A stretch of 62,840 nt of DNA, counting the filler, from Chiloscyllium plagiosum (taxonomy: Eukaryota), in assembly GCF_004010195.1 (NCBI RefSeq). It is 5 parts of one record of this genome, joined end to end, with 100 filler letters (N's around TTAATTAATTAA, not from the genome) between each part and the next. Parts side by side here need not be neighbours in the genome. Positions count along the whole stretch, not along the records: positions 46,050 to 54,748 come from NC_057710.1; positions 54,849 to 58,878 come from NC_057710.1; positions 58,979 to 62,840 come from NC_057710.1; 2 more parts are not named here. One strand, given 5' to 3'. A program made the position numbers and the translations under genes. Numbering within the stretch: position 1 is the stretch's first letter; each line of letters begins with the position of its first letter. This document shows, piece after piece, positions 51,150 to 62,840 of the stretch. The notes below the pieces were generated by a model that did no database searches, was not told the DNA's origin, and was given only the letters and a program-made list of their open reading frames with translations.

Positions 51150-51708
51150 AGGCCCTGAGAATGTCATCGGGAACAGAAGGCCCTGTGAATGTCACTGGGA
51201 ACAGAAGGCCCTGTGAATGTCACTGGGAACAGTTGCCCCTGTGAAGGTCACGGGGAACAGTAGACACTGTGAATGTCACTGGGAACAGTAGATCCTGTGA
51301 ATGTCACTGGGAAAAGTAGACACTGTGAATGTCACTGGGAACAGTTGACCCTGTGAATGTCACTGGGAACAGTAGACCCTGTGAATGTCACGGAACAGTA
51401 GACCCTGTGAATGTCACGGGGAACAGTAGACACTGTGAATGTCACGGGGAACAGTAGACCCTGTGAATGTCACGGGGAACAGTAGCCCCTGTGAACGTCA
51501 CGGGGAACAGTAGACCCTGTAAATGTCACTGGGAACAGCACACCCTCTGAATGTCACTGGGAACAGTAGACCCTGTGAATGTAACTGGGAACAGTAGACC
51601 CTCTGAATGTCACTGGGAACAGTAGATCCTGTGAATGTCACTGGGAACAGTAGCCCCTGTGAATGTCACTGGGAACAGTAGACCCTGTAAATGCCACTGG
51701 GAACAGCA
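51150..51708. repeat. 28-bp minisatellite CCTGTGAATGTCACTGGGAACAGTAGAC running into a gap
   Basis: About 20 contiguous units. Confidence 0.95.
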
Positions 51709-52208
51709 NNNNNNNNNNNNNNNNNNNNNNNNNNNNNNNNNNNNNNNNNNNNNNNNNNNNNNNNNNNNNNNNNNNNNNNNNNNNNNNNNNNNNNNNNNNN
51801 NNNNNNNNNNNNNNNNNNNNNNNNNNNNNNNNNNNNNNNNNNNNNNNNNNNNNNNNNNNNNNNNNNNNNNNNNNNNNNNNNNNNNNNNNNNNNNNNNNNN
51901 NNNNNNNNNNNNNNNNNNNNNNNNNNNNNNNNNNNNNNNNNNNNNNNNNNNNNNNNNNNNNNNNNNNNNNNNNNNNNNNNNNNNNNNNNNNNNNNNNNNN
52001 NNNNNNNNNNNNNNNNNNNNNNNNNNNNNNNNNNNNNNNNNNNNNNNNNNNNNNNNNNNNNNNNNNNNNNNNNNNNNNNNNNNNNNNNNNNNNNNNNNNN
52101 NNNNNNNNNNNNNNNNNNNNNNNNNNNNNNNNNNNNNNNNNNNNNNNNNNNNNNNNNNNNNNNNNNNNNNNNNNNNNNNNNNNNNNNNNNNNNNNNNNNN
52201 NNNNNNNN
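51709..52208. other. Assembly gap (500 N)
   Basis: Run of N. Confidence 1.
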
Positions 52209-52592
52209 ATCTTCCATCCATGCGCTCCATTTACACGGCTCACTGCCGCAGAAACACTGCCAACATCATCAAAGACGCCTCCCACCCCGGTAATGATCTC
52301 CTACAACCTCTTACATCAGGCAGGAGGTACAGAAACCTGAACACACACACACCAGCAGCTTCAGGAACAGCTTCTTCCCTGCTGTTGTCAGACTGCTGAA
52401 CGGACCTCTCTAACTTCAAATAATGTTGGTGTTGCTGTGTGGATCTCCTGTACAGCCATAACCTTGTATGTCCCGCTCTGTCTAAGTGCCATATGATCAG
52501 AATGTCCTTGTTTACTGTTGATCTGTCTGTATTGCGTGTAAAACATAACTTTTTACTCTACTTAGGTACATGTGACAACAATAAATCAAATC
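52209..52592 (+). mobile_element. Rex1/Babar-type 3' fragment
   Basis: ANIIKDASHPGNDLLQPLTSGRRYRNL and AATCAAATC tail. Confidence 0.75.
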
Positions 52593-52638
52593 AATTCCAT
52601 CAACTCTTTCCTGAACCCTCACGGTTTTGAACACCTCA

Positions 52639-52856
52639 GTCAAGTCTCCTCTCAACCTTCTCTTCACTGAGAATAAATAAACCAGCATCCAAGGAGCAGG
52701 AGAATCGACGTTTTGGGCATGAGCCCTTCTTCAGGAATGAAGAAGGGGTCAAGTCTCCTCTCAACCTTCTCTTCACTGAGAATAAATAAACCAGCATCCA
52801 AGGAGCAGGAGAGTCGATGTTTTGGGCATGAGCCCTTCTTCAGGAATGAAGAAGGG
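52639..52856. repeat. 109-bp tandem duplication that includes a Penelope family A arm
   Basis: 52639-52747 is nearly identical to 52748-52856. Confidence 0.85.
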
Positions 52857-53235
52857 ATCCTTGGATGCTGCCTGACCTGCTGTGCTTTTCCAGCAATACA
52901 TTTTCAGCTCTGATCTCCAGCATCTGCAGTCCTCACTTTCTCCTCGATAAATAAACCAGCTTCTTCAATATCTCATTGAACTGATTTTCCTCATTCCTCA
53001 AACCAATCTTGTACATTTTCTTTGCACTCTTTCTAAAGCCTTCACATCTGCCTAAAGGGCCCTCTCCAGAATGGGTCACATTGTCCTAAAAGGCCAAAAC
53101 ACTGATAGAAAACCTCATCATGACACCGCTGTACTCTGTGCCTGGATTTGTAAAGGTCAGAGTCACGTGTGCTTTTCAATCACTATCTCAACCTTCTCTG
53201 CCATCTATAGCAATTTCACAGCATGATAATGTAAG

Positions 53236-53410
53236 ATGGTGTAGAGTGTGGGATGGAGGGGTGGTGGACACAGCTGTGGGAGGGGGATTAAATGGGTGTA
53301 GAGTGTGTGATGGGGGGAGTGTGGACACGGGGCTGTGGGAGGGGGATTAAATGGGTGTAGAGTGTGTGATGGGGGGAGTGTGTGGACGACGGGCTGTGGG
53401 AGGGTATTAA
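53236..53410. repeat. About 58-bp G-rich tandem repeat (3 copies)
   Basis: GGTGTAGAGTGTG...GTGGACAC...GCTGTGGGAGGGGGATTAA units. Confidence 0.8.
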
Positions 53411-53452
53411 TACATCGTGCATAATGCTTTTTCATGTGTTTTACTTGAACAG

Positions 53453-53535
53453 GGATCGCTTAACCCACAATGATGTGATTGGTACAACTTACTTATGTAT
53501 GTCGAAAATCTCTGCCCCAGGAGGAGAGATTGAAG
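53453..53535 (+). CDS. DYSF: Dysferlin internal coding exon (C2 domain region), 83 bp
   Basis: ttacttgaacag|G GAT CGC TTA ACC CAC AAT GAT...GGA GAG ATT GAA G|gtaagt translates (W)[31 protein letters not shown] has [32 protein letters not shown] has [28 protein letters not shown]. Confidence 0.9.
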
Positions 53536-54328
53536 GTAAGTGAGGTTCATACGTAGTAACAGGTTTGAATTTAATAGTTATATTTATTCTGGGTTGAAGT
53601 TCCTGAATGTTTGTGGCAGTTTAGAAGTTCCAGTTAAGTATAATGTGTGAAGTTGACCTTCAGTGATGGTGATGGTACTCCGTAGATTGGAGTTTAGTCA
53701 CGGCCATGGCAGCTGGAGGTCTGAAATAGTTGGCTGAATCTCAGTGATGGTATTCGCAGGTTAACACTTAGGAATAGTTAGCTTATTGTTTCCTCATAAT
53801 GAATGTCGACTAAAGTTGAATATTGATTATGAAGGTTTGTAACAATTAGAGCAGGTTAAAGTTCAGTGATGGTTACAGTGAGTTACAATTTAGTACTGGT
53901 GATAGTTATCAAAGGTTGGTTAGATTGATTAAACTGTTCCAAAGTGCATGAAGTATCTCATCAGAGACTATTGCCCTGAACAGCTCTGGTCACGTCTCTC
54001 CATGTTGTACTGTCCAGCAACTCCTTCAGAGGAACCAGTGAACACACGCTCAGTTGGAGCCATGTTTAAACAAACTCTGACCAGTCAGCTGACCGGTTCC
54101 ACACCCAGTGGAAGTCCCTTATTGCCAATGCTACACGATGGACAGATAACAATAGTGGACAGGTAGCTCACTGGGCCTGTGCTAGCTGTTTCAAACACCT
54201 ATCCTAATTATTCCTCACTCCTGCTCATTTCCCAGAGTTATGTAAATGCCTTCCCCTCAAGGCCGTATCTGATTCAGCTGTGGTCTTTTTAAGGCATCCC
54301 CTTCGAAATGAAAACCACTTCACAGAGA

Positions 54329-54607
54329 GGCAACATGATGTGGCACATTGATTAGCCCTGCTGCCTCACAGCACCAGAGACCCGGGTTCAATTCCTGCCT
54401 CAGGCAACTGTCTGTGTCTGTGCGGGTTTCCTCTGGGTGCTCCGGTTTCCTCCCACAGTCCAAAGATGCGCAGGTCAGGTGAATTGGCCATGCTAAATTG
54501 TCTGTCGTGTTAGATGTAGAGGAATGGGTCTGGGTGGGTTGCTCTTTGGAGGGTCGGTGTGGACTTGTTAGGCTGAAGGGCCTGCTTCCACACTGTAAGT
54601 AATCTAA
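54329..54607 (+). mobile_element. HE1-type SINE
   Basis: CTGCTGCCTCACAGCACCAGAGACCCGGGTTCAATTCC head and CCACACTGTAAGTAATCT tail. Confidence 0.85.
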
Positions 54608-54748
54608 TGACTACAGCAAGCAAAAACATGGAAAATGCTTACAAATACATTTCTCCAAACATCTTCCAATCCCCTTTCAAAAGTTACTTATCAATTCACT
54701 CCACGTTCTTTCACACAGTGCATTCCAAATGGCAACTCCACCCCACCC

Positions 54749-54848
54749 NNNNNNNNNNNNNNNNNNNNNNNNNNNNNNNNNNNNNNNNNNNNTTAATTAA
54801 TTAANNNNNNNNNNNNNNNNNNNNNNNNNNNNNNNNNNNNNNNNNNNN
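54749..54848. other. Artificial scaffold linker
   Basis: N44-TTAATTAATTAA-N44. Confidence 0.95.
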
Positions 54849-55224
54849 AAACCTGCGCCCACACCTCCTCCCTCACCTCTATCCAAGGCTCTAAAGGAGC
54901 CTTCCACGTCCATCAAAGTTTTACTTGCACATCCACTAATATCATTTATTGTATCCGTTGCTCCCGATGCGGTCTCCTCTACATTGGGGAGACTGGGCGC
55001 CTCCTTGCAGAGCGCTTTAGGGAACATCTCCGGGACACCCACACAATCAACCACACCGCCCCGTGGCCCAACATTTCAACTCCCCCTCCCACTCTGCCGA
55101 GGACATGGAGGTCCTGGGCCTCCTTCACCACCGCTCCCTCACCACCAGACACCTGGAGAAAGAACGCCTCATCTTCTGCCTCGGAACACTTCAACCCCAG
55201 GGCATCAATGTGAACTTCAACAGC
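54849..55224 (+). mobile_element. Penelope-like GIY-YIG fragment
   Basis: IIYCIRCSRCGLLYIGETG...AQHFNSPSHS...LIFCLGTLQPQGINV. Confidence 0.88.
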
Positions 55225-55989
55225 AATGCAACATATGACAGAACCAAGACCTTCTTAGTGTTCCTTTTACATTTAGATTGATGAAGAGACCAGCACTAGC
55301 TCCAGGTCTGTCACCACCCTGCTGGGATTCACGTCCTTGGCACAAATCACAAATCAAACCCCAAGCCTTAGGACTATTTTTGCCTTGTTTACCTCGTTCT
55401 TACCATATTAGCCTATGTAACAACAGTGACTGAATTTCAAGGCAAATTTATTATACATGAAGATTCTTAGAGACAGAACACAACAGGAGTCCATTAGCCC
55501 CATTGTGCCTATGCTAGTTTTTTGAAAGATCTAACCAGTTCAGCCCACTTTTTCTCTCTCCCTGTAGCTATGCAAATGGTTCTTTGCCAATTATTTAGCT
55601 GATTCATTTTTGAGAATTACTATTGAATCTGCTTTTGTCATCCTTTTAGGCTGTGCAGTGCAGATCATAAAAATTCAACTCAATCTCATATTTCCATTGC
55701 ACATTTAAGTTTATAAAGGCTTGTCACAGGACCAACATAAAATAAAATATGACAGCAAGCCAAACAAAGACAGATGAGGTCAGATGGCCAAAAGCTTTGT
55801 CAAGGAGAAAGGTTTTATGAATTGCCTTAAATAATGAAAGCAAAGTACGAATCAAAACTTTAGGAAGGAAATTCCAGAACTTAGGGTCTAGGAGCTTGAA
55901 GGCGCAGTCATCAATAGTGGAGCACACTGTTATGACTCACTAGGTTTGTGCTCTGAAAATCAAGCCCCACTATTCCTGGAGTCACCACA

Positions 55990-57540
55990 AGTAGGAACAT
56001 ATGAACAGGATTAGGCAATGCAAACTGTCAGGCCCTCCCCACCATTCAATATGACTGAAATGCTATGATTGATTTAACACTTCAAAGACTTTTACCCACC
56101 TCATCTTCAGAACTCTCCATGCCATTAATAATCAGAAATCAATCAAACTCCACCCTAAACACATGCAAAGACTGAGTTTCCACAACCCACTCTGACAGAG
56201 ACTTCCAAAGGTTCACAATCGTCCGAATGTAAAAAATTCTTCTTATCTCCGACTTAAGTAGCATCCCCCACATTTTTAAATTGTGCCCTCCATCTCTAGA
56301 GTCCCCATCATACCTGCATCAACTCTAAGTATTTCCTAAGTTTCAATGAGATCATTTCTCATTCTTCAAAGCTCTAGAGAATACAAGCCTAGTTTGTCCA
56401 AACTCTCTTCATTATACACTCCTGCCATTCCAGGATCAAGTCTGATGAACTTTGGTTGCACTCCCTATGCAATAATATCTTTCCTAAGATAAACAGGCCA
56501 AAAATGCACACAGTACTCCAGGTCCGGACAACCAAGCTCCTATACAATTGAAGCAAGACTTCACAACTCCCGGACTTAAATCCTCTTAAAATAAAAGTTA
56601 ACATTCCATTAACCTTCACAATACCTTGCTGCACCTGAATGTTAGCATTCTTAGTCTTATCAACAAGGACACTTAGATTTCTTTGGACATAGAGTCGCAA
56701 GCATGGAAACAAACCCATCAGTCCAACTTGTCCATGCCAACCATGTTCCCCAAACTAAACTAGTCCTACTCGCCTGCATTTGGCCCATATCCCTCTAAAC
56801 CTTTCCTATTCATGTATTTCAAAATGTCTTTTAAATGTTGTCATGGTACCTGCATCTATCACTTTGTCTGGTAGTTCATTCGACATAAGAACCACCTTTT
56901 CCACATGTGAAGAAGTTGCCCTTCAGGTCCCTATTAAACCTTTTCCCTCTCACCTTAAAATGATGCCCCCTAGTTTTGAACTCACCCATCTGAGGCAAAA
57001 GACTTTGCTATTCACCTTACCTATGCCCCTCATGATTTCATAAACCTCTATAACGTCACCCCTCAATTTCCTATGCTCCAGTGAAAATGCCCCAGCCTAT
57101 CCTTATAATTCAAACAGTACAGTCCTGGCAACATCCCTGCAAATGTTTCCTGAACCCTGTCCAATTTACATTTACATTCTAACCATTTAAGAAATACTCT
57201 GCTCATCTGTTTCTCCTACCAAATTGAATAACCTCAATTTTCCAAATTATATTCCATTCGCCATGTTCTTGTTCATTCAAAATGCCTGTCCAAATCCTCC
57301 TGAAGAAGCCTGACATCTTCCTCACAAAACACATTCCCACTTAGTTTTGTATTATCCACAAATTGAAAATATTACGTTTGGTCCCCACCTTAAATCATTG
57401 ATGCATATTACGAAAACCTGGAGCCCCGCTAGTCATAGCCTGCCAATATGAAAATGACCCATGTATTCCTACTCTCTGTTTTCTGTCTGTTAGCCAATCC
57501 TTACTCTATGCCAGTACATTATCCCTGTACTACGTGCTTT
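55990..57540 (-). mobile_element. Old CR1 fragments with a younger CR1 3' end nested at about 56690-57170
   Basis: ORF 56389-56718 is CR1-like; CR1 UTR motifs are present. Confidence 0.7.
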
Positions 57541-58339
57541 AATTTTTCAACGCACAAACTAAAATGTGAAGATTTAATCAAACCAAATGAAACCATTCGC
57601 CTCTGGCTGACTATTACCTAAGGTAAAATTAACACTCCAGGTTCTTTCAGCAACAATAAAATAATTACTAATTGGTAATACTCTTAACTTTAATAAGAAC
57701 AGCAAAGCAACATGATTCCCAGTTTATGGAAACTTAAATTTTACCCCTTTTAAAACACACATACATAAGACAAATATCACAAATATCATGAGAGGAGGGG
57801 GGAAAAGTCAGAAAAACACAGTTCTGTATCTCCAATCCAAATCACAAAACTAGATGGATTGCTTTCACAATCCTCTAATTCTTCAGTGATGCCTTAATGT
57901 TATCTGCACAATGATAATCAGTCTTTAGTTCACTATTTAATTTGTGAGATCCAGCGTACTTTTACTTTGGATTTTAGAATTATTTCGTTCAGCATTTCTG
58001 GATATCAATTTCTCTGCCCTTTTGACAGAAAATTGGACAGCAACTTTATAGTCAAAAGGGGGGGGGGGAGCCTCAATGTCCGCAAGAATTAACATTGTCT
58101 CATAGCCGTTAGTTTGGGGGGGGGGGGAAGAGAGAGAGATTGATGCAGCAAATGTCTGGAAATCATCTTGTTTTACTGTTTTACTCCCCTCATGGGGTCT
58201 ACGTCAAACTGCAACTTGACCAGTCAGAGGGTTGTACTCCACTGAACTCTCCTGAACACAACAAATGGTGCTGATTTGACTGGCCTCAATGTCCGCAAGA
58301 ATTAACATTGTCTCATAGCCGTTAGTTTGCTTCACTTGT

Positions 58340-59270
58340 TATAGAGTCATAGAGATGTACAGCATGGAAACAGACCCTTCTGTCCAACCTGTCCACGCCG
58401 ACCAGATATCTCAACCCAATCTAGTCCCACCTGCCAGCACCCAGCCCATATCCTTCCAAACTCTTCCTATTCATATACCCATCCAAATGCCTCTTAAATG
58501 TTGCAATTGTAGCAGTCTCCACCATATCCTCTGGCAGCTCATTCCATACACGTACCACCCTTTGCGTGAAAAAGTTGCCCCTGAGGTCTCTTTTATATAT
58601 CTTTCCTCTCTCACCCTAAACCTATGTCCTCTAGTTCTGGACTCCCCGACCCCAGGGAAAAGACTTTGTCTATTTATCCTATCTATGCCCCTTATAATTT
58701 TGTAAACTTCTATAAGGTCACACCTCAGCCTCCGATGCTCCAGGAAAAACGGCCCCAGCCTGTTCAGCCTCTCCCTGTAGCTCAGATCGTCCAACCCTGG
58801 CAACATCCCTGGAAATCTTTTCTGAACCCTTTCAAGTTTCACAACATCTTTCCGATAGGAAGGAGACCAGAATTGCATNNNNNNNNNNNNNNNNNNNNNN
58901 NNNNNNNNNNNNNNNNNNNNNNTTAATTAATTAANNNNNNNNNNNNNNNNNNNNNNNNNNNNNNNNNNNNNNNNNNNNTCCCAACTCCTGTACTCAATAC
59001 TCTGACCAATAAAGGAAAGCATACCAAGCGCCTTCTTCACTATCCTATCTACGTGTGACTCCACTTTCAAGGAGCTATGAACCTGCACTCCAAGGTCTCT
59101 TTGTTCAGCAGCACTCCTTAGGACCTTACCATTAAGTGTATAAGTCCTGCTAAGATTTGCTTTCCCAAAATGCAGCTCCTCGCATTTATCTGCATTAAAC
59201 TCCATCTGCCATTTCTCAGCCCATTGGCCCATCTGTTCCAGATCCTGTTGTAATCTGAGGTAACCCTCTT
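58340..59270 (-). mobile_element. CR1 LINE 3' fragment spanning the linker at 58879-58978
   Basis: ORFs 58927-59232 and 58471-58878 are consecutive parts of CR1 ORF2. Confidence 0.88.
58879..58978. other. Artificial scaffold linker
   Basis: N44-TTAATTAATTAA-N44. Confidence 0.95.
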
Positions 59271-59395
59271 AATGTCTGCTTCATAACATTATACTATTGT
59301 TTTACTGTATTAAATAAACTGACCCACAGAGTTAATCAATGACTGACATGCAATTAATGATTAACCATTTTCCTTAATGAGGCACTTTGCACATC

Positions 59396-60022
59396 TGTGA
59401 CATCCTGTGCCTTTAAGAGAAGTGTTCTGTCCTGTTTCTCTCTTGGAGGGGTTTTCTCACAGTGGTGGCGAGGGGTCTGCTCCCAGCAGACAGTTTGTAA
59501 ATAGTTCTGGGTTTCTCCCTGGGTGTTTTAAAACGATGAATATGCGGGGTCAGATCCCAAGGACTTTGGTTTTCCTACAGTTCTTTTTCATTAATTAGTT
59601 CCTGGAGCAGACAGCTAGCATTCTGTCTGCTGCGAGGTTGAAGACTTAGAGTTTTCCTCTTAGAAATCAGAAGGGGCAGATTGTTTCTTTCTACAGGTCT
59701 GGAGAGAGACCGCATGTGAGAGTAATAACCATGCTGCTGAATTGCCAAAGGAAGTGTTCATGGAATGCTGCCTGTATTGGAACAAATAATGATTAGTGGT
59801 TAAATAGTACATTATCTTGTTAGGTAAGTCAATAGAATCAAGTTTTGTTGCATCTTAACTGTGTTGTAAGAATAAAGTGTGTTTTGATTAAAGCTTTAGT
59901 GGTGGACCAATCGAATCACATCTGGAACACAGCGACTTGCACTTGCCTTTAAACTGAAATAAAAGTTAAGGTCTACGGTATCTCCGTAATATATATTGGG
60001 GAGACTGGTCTGGTATCTAAAA
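59396..60022 (+). mobile_element. Probable solo LTR
   Basis: Starts TGTGA with an early CCTTTAAGA, has AATAAA signals near 59871 and 59958, ends TGGTCTGGTATCTAAAA (degenerate ...TAACA). No clear TSD. Confidence 0.45.
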
Positions 60023-60714
60023 CCCCCTGCCTGGCGAGAGGTGAGAGAGCATGTTGTGATGATGACATAAGGAGTCTGTAGGGGTTCACGATGGGCTGAG
60101 TGAGTGGCAAAATATGGCAGATGGAGTCTAATGTTGGAAACTGTGAGGTCATGCACTTTTGATAAGAAAAATGAAAAGGCAGACAATAAATTTAATGTGG
60201 AGAGATTCCAACAAAGGGCAGCAGTAAGGGACCTAGGTTCACTTATGAGTGATACACAAATGGTTAGCATGCAGGTGCAGCAAGTATTTGAGAAGGCAAA
60301 TTGACTTTTGACCTTTTATTACTGAGAGATAGAGTTTAAAACAGGAAAGTCTTGTTCCAACCGTACAGGTGGTTGGTGAGGCTACAGCTTGAGGACTGTG
60401 TATAGTTTTGGTCCCCGTATTTAACGTAGGATATACTGGCATTGGAGGCTTTTCAGAAGAGAACTATTAGGCTGGTTCCTGGGACAAAGGGGGTTGACTT
60501 GTGGCTTCACTGGTTGTACCTTCATCCGTTAAAGTTTAGAAGAATGAAGGCTAATGTTAATGAAACATACAAGATGGTGATAGGGAAAGTATTGAGAAGA
60601 TGTTCCCACTAGTAGACACAAAGGGTAATAGTAGATAGCTGTTTGAATGACTGGAGGCTGGTGTCCAGCGGTGTACCACAAGGATCAGTACTGGGACCTT
60701 TATTGTTTGTTATA

Positions 60715-61480
60715 TAGAGTCACTAAGTCATAGAGATGTACAGCACGGAAACAGACTTTTCAGTCCAACTTGCCCGTGCCAACTAGATGTCCTAAATTAA
60801 TCTAGTCCCATTTGTCAGCATTTGGCCTATATCCCTCTAAATCCTCTATGCCCACCTAGATGCCTTGTAAATGTTGTAATTGTACCAGCCTCCATCACTT
60901 CCTCTGGCAGCTCATTCCATGCACATACCACACTCTGCATGAAAAAGTTGCTCCTTAGGTCCCTTTTAGATCTTTGCCCTCTCACCTTAAACCTATGCCC
61001 TCTGGTTTTGGACTCCCCCACCACACTTTGTCTATTTATCCTATCCATACCCCTCATGATTTTATAAACGTCTATCAGGTTACTCCTCAGCTTCCGATGC
61101 TGCAGGGCAAACAGCCCCAGCCTGTCCAGCCTCTCCCTATGGCTCAAATCCTCCAACCCTGACAATATCCTTGTAAATCTTTTCTGAGCCTTTTCCAGTT
61201 TAATAGCATCCTTCCTATAGCAGGGAGACCAGAATTGAATGTTGTATTCCAATATTGGCCGAACCAATGTCCTGTACAGCCACAACATGATCACCCAACT
61301 CCTACACTCAGTGCTCTGTCGAATAAAGGAAAGAATACCAAACGCCGCCTTCACTATCCTATCTACCTGCGATTCCACTTTCAAGGAGCTATGAACCTGC
61401 ACTCCAAGGTCTCTTTGTTCAGCAACACTCCCCAGGACCTTATCATTAAGTGTGTAACTCCTGCCGTGATTTGGTTTTCC
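60715..61480 (-). mobile_element. CR1 LINE 3' fragment
   Basis: ORF 60827-61402 is the CR1 ORF2 C-terminus. Confidence 0.9.
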
Positions 61481-62475
61481 AATTTTTACTTCTATTTCTT
61501 AGCTTCTTGTCAATCATTTCTTTCACTAATCTCTGTCTTCTGCCCCTGTGTTTTCTCAAACTTTGTCACACCTCTCAATGCCGTGCAACATCTCGACTCG
61601 TTTCTCTCTCCACAGACTTGGCCGGACCTACTGAGTGTTTTCTCTTTTACATTTTCAGCACCGTCAGTATTTTAGTTTTCTGATGCGGTACGTCAAGTTA
61701 GAAATGTTTTCCCAGAGAACGAGTTTTGCAACATTGATTAATGAAGCTCACAAATTGGCCTTCCCTAGGGTGTCGTACTGGCAGCGCTCCTGTGGTCCTG
61801 GGTGCGGAAGGTGAGACCTGGATCTACAGAGGAGGCATTGCGGGAGAGTTCCAGGTAACTTTTCTAAAAACTTCATCCATAAAATGTGGGCGTTGCTTAT
61901 CCGTTCATAATTGCCTAGAGGGCAGTTGAGAGTTAAACGCTTTGCTCTGAGTCTGGAGTCACATGTAAACCAGACCAGGTGGGTTTTTACTCAACAATTG
62001 ACATCATTAGACCCTTAAATCTTTATTGTATCAAAATTCTGCCATCCGCCAAGGCAAGATTTGAACCCAGGTCCCTGGAACGTTATTTAGGTCTCTGCAA
62101 TAATAAGTCTACTAGGCCACTGCCTCCTCTGAATTTGATCTCTGTCATTTTGCTCCCCAACCTCCTGTTTTGCCAGTGTTAGTTACTCTGGAAATGGAGC
62201 TTTAAAATTCTTACCGTCATGGTCTCACCCCCACCTACACCTGTATTTCTGTCAGCTCCTCAGCCCTCTGAAATCTCTCCAACCCTTCCTCTCTGGTCCT
62301 TTTTACATCTAACATTTTCATAGTTACAGGATTGGTTGCCATGTTTGAAGACTCGAAGCAGTGGAATTCTTTACCTAAACCTCGCCATTTTTATTTAAAT
62401 CTGTTCTTTAGCGTGTTATGGGCATCACTGGCAAGGCTTGACATTTGTTACCCATTGCTCATTGCTTTTGAACTG

Positions 62476-62840
62476 ATAGACAATAGGTGCAGGAGTAGGC
62501 CATTCTGCCCTTCGAGCCTGCACCACCATTCAATATGATCATGGCTGATCATCCTTAATCAGTATCCTGTTCCTGCCTTATCTCCATAACCCTTGATTCC
62601 ACTATCCTTGAGAGCTCTATCCAACTCTTTCTTAAATGAATCCAGAGACTGGGCCTCCACTGCCCTCTGGGGCAGAGCATTCCACACAGCCACCACTCTC
62701 TGGGTGAAGCAGTTTCTCCTCATCTCTGTCCTAAATGGTCTACCCCGTATTTTTAAGTTGTGTCCTCTGGTTCGGCAATCACCCATCAGCGGAAACATGT
62801 TTCCTGCCGCCAGAGTGTCCAATCCTTTGATCATCTTAAA
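62476..62840 (-). mobile_element. CR1 LINE 3' end (truncated by the window edge)
   Basis: ORF 62559-62834 (TRGHNLKI...FTQRVVAVWNALP). Confidence 0.88.

Noticed and set aside
51150..51708. 28-bp repeat as a CRISPR array
   Set aside because: No spacers; it is a plain minisatellite.
45752..55042. Penelope ends at 45752-45949 and 54849-55042 as one overlapping copy split by a misplaced contig
   Set aside because: About a dozen substitutions in under 200 bp by my count, which fits two separate copies better.
61775..61860. Possible exon (cctag|GGTGTC...AAG|gtgaga or CAG|gtaact)
   Set aside because: No frame gave a recognisable SPR, DYSF or EXOC6B peptide.

Overview
Vertebrate genomic DNA, very probably from a cartilaginous fish: it carries HE1-type tRNA-derived SINEs and abundant CR1 LINEs with matching 3' tails. 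Most of the window is decayed and nested transposons (CR1, a second CR1-group LINE, Rex1/Babar, L2, Penelope, a Gypsy gag remnant, a solo LTR, a split MITE), plus satellites and seven assembly gaps. Four of the gaps are artificial N44-TTAATTAATTAA-N44 linkers. Three host exons are recognisable: an intact HHEX-like first exon (+, 9250-9583) with an eh1 motif and a CCAAT/GC-box promoter; the last coding exon of sepiapterin reductase (SPR, -, 36719-36909); and one 83-bp dysferlin exon (+, 53453-53535) that the ORF track misses. SPR and DYSF mark the human 2p13 paralogon (EXOC6B/CYP26B1/DYSF), not the canonical HHEX locus (EXOC6/CYP26A1/MYOF). The divergent HHEX-like exon may therefore be a second Hhex ohnolog, and no homeobox exons for it are visible. 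A second theme is short palindromic Penelope-derived inserts, some with long target-site duplications and some with hammerhead-ribozyme core motifs. All protein identifications come from remembered sequences, not database searches, and transposon boundaries are approximate.
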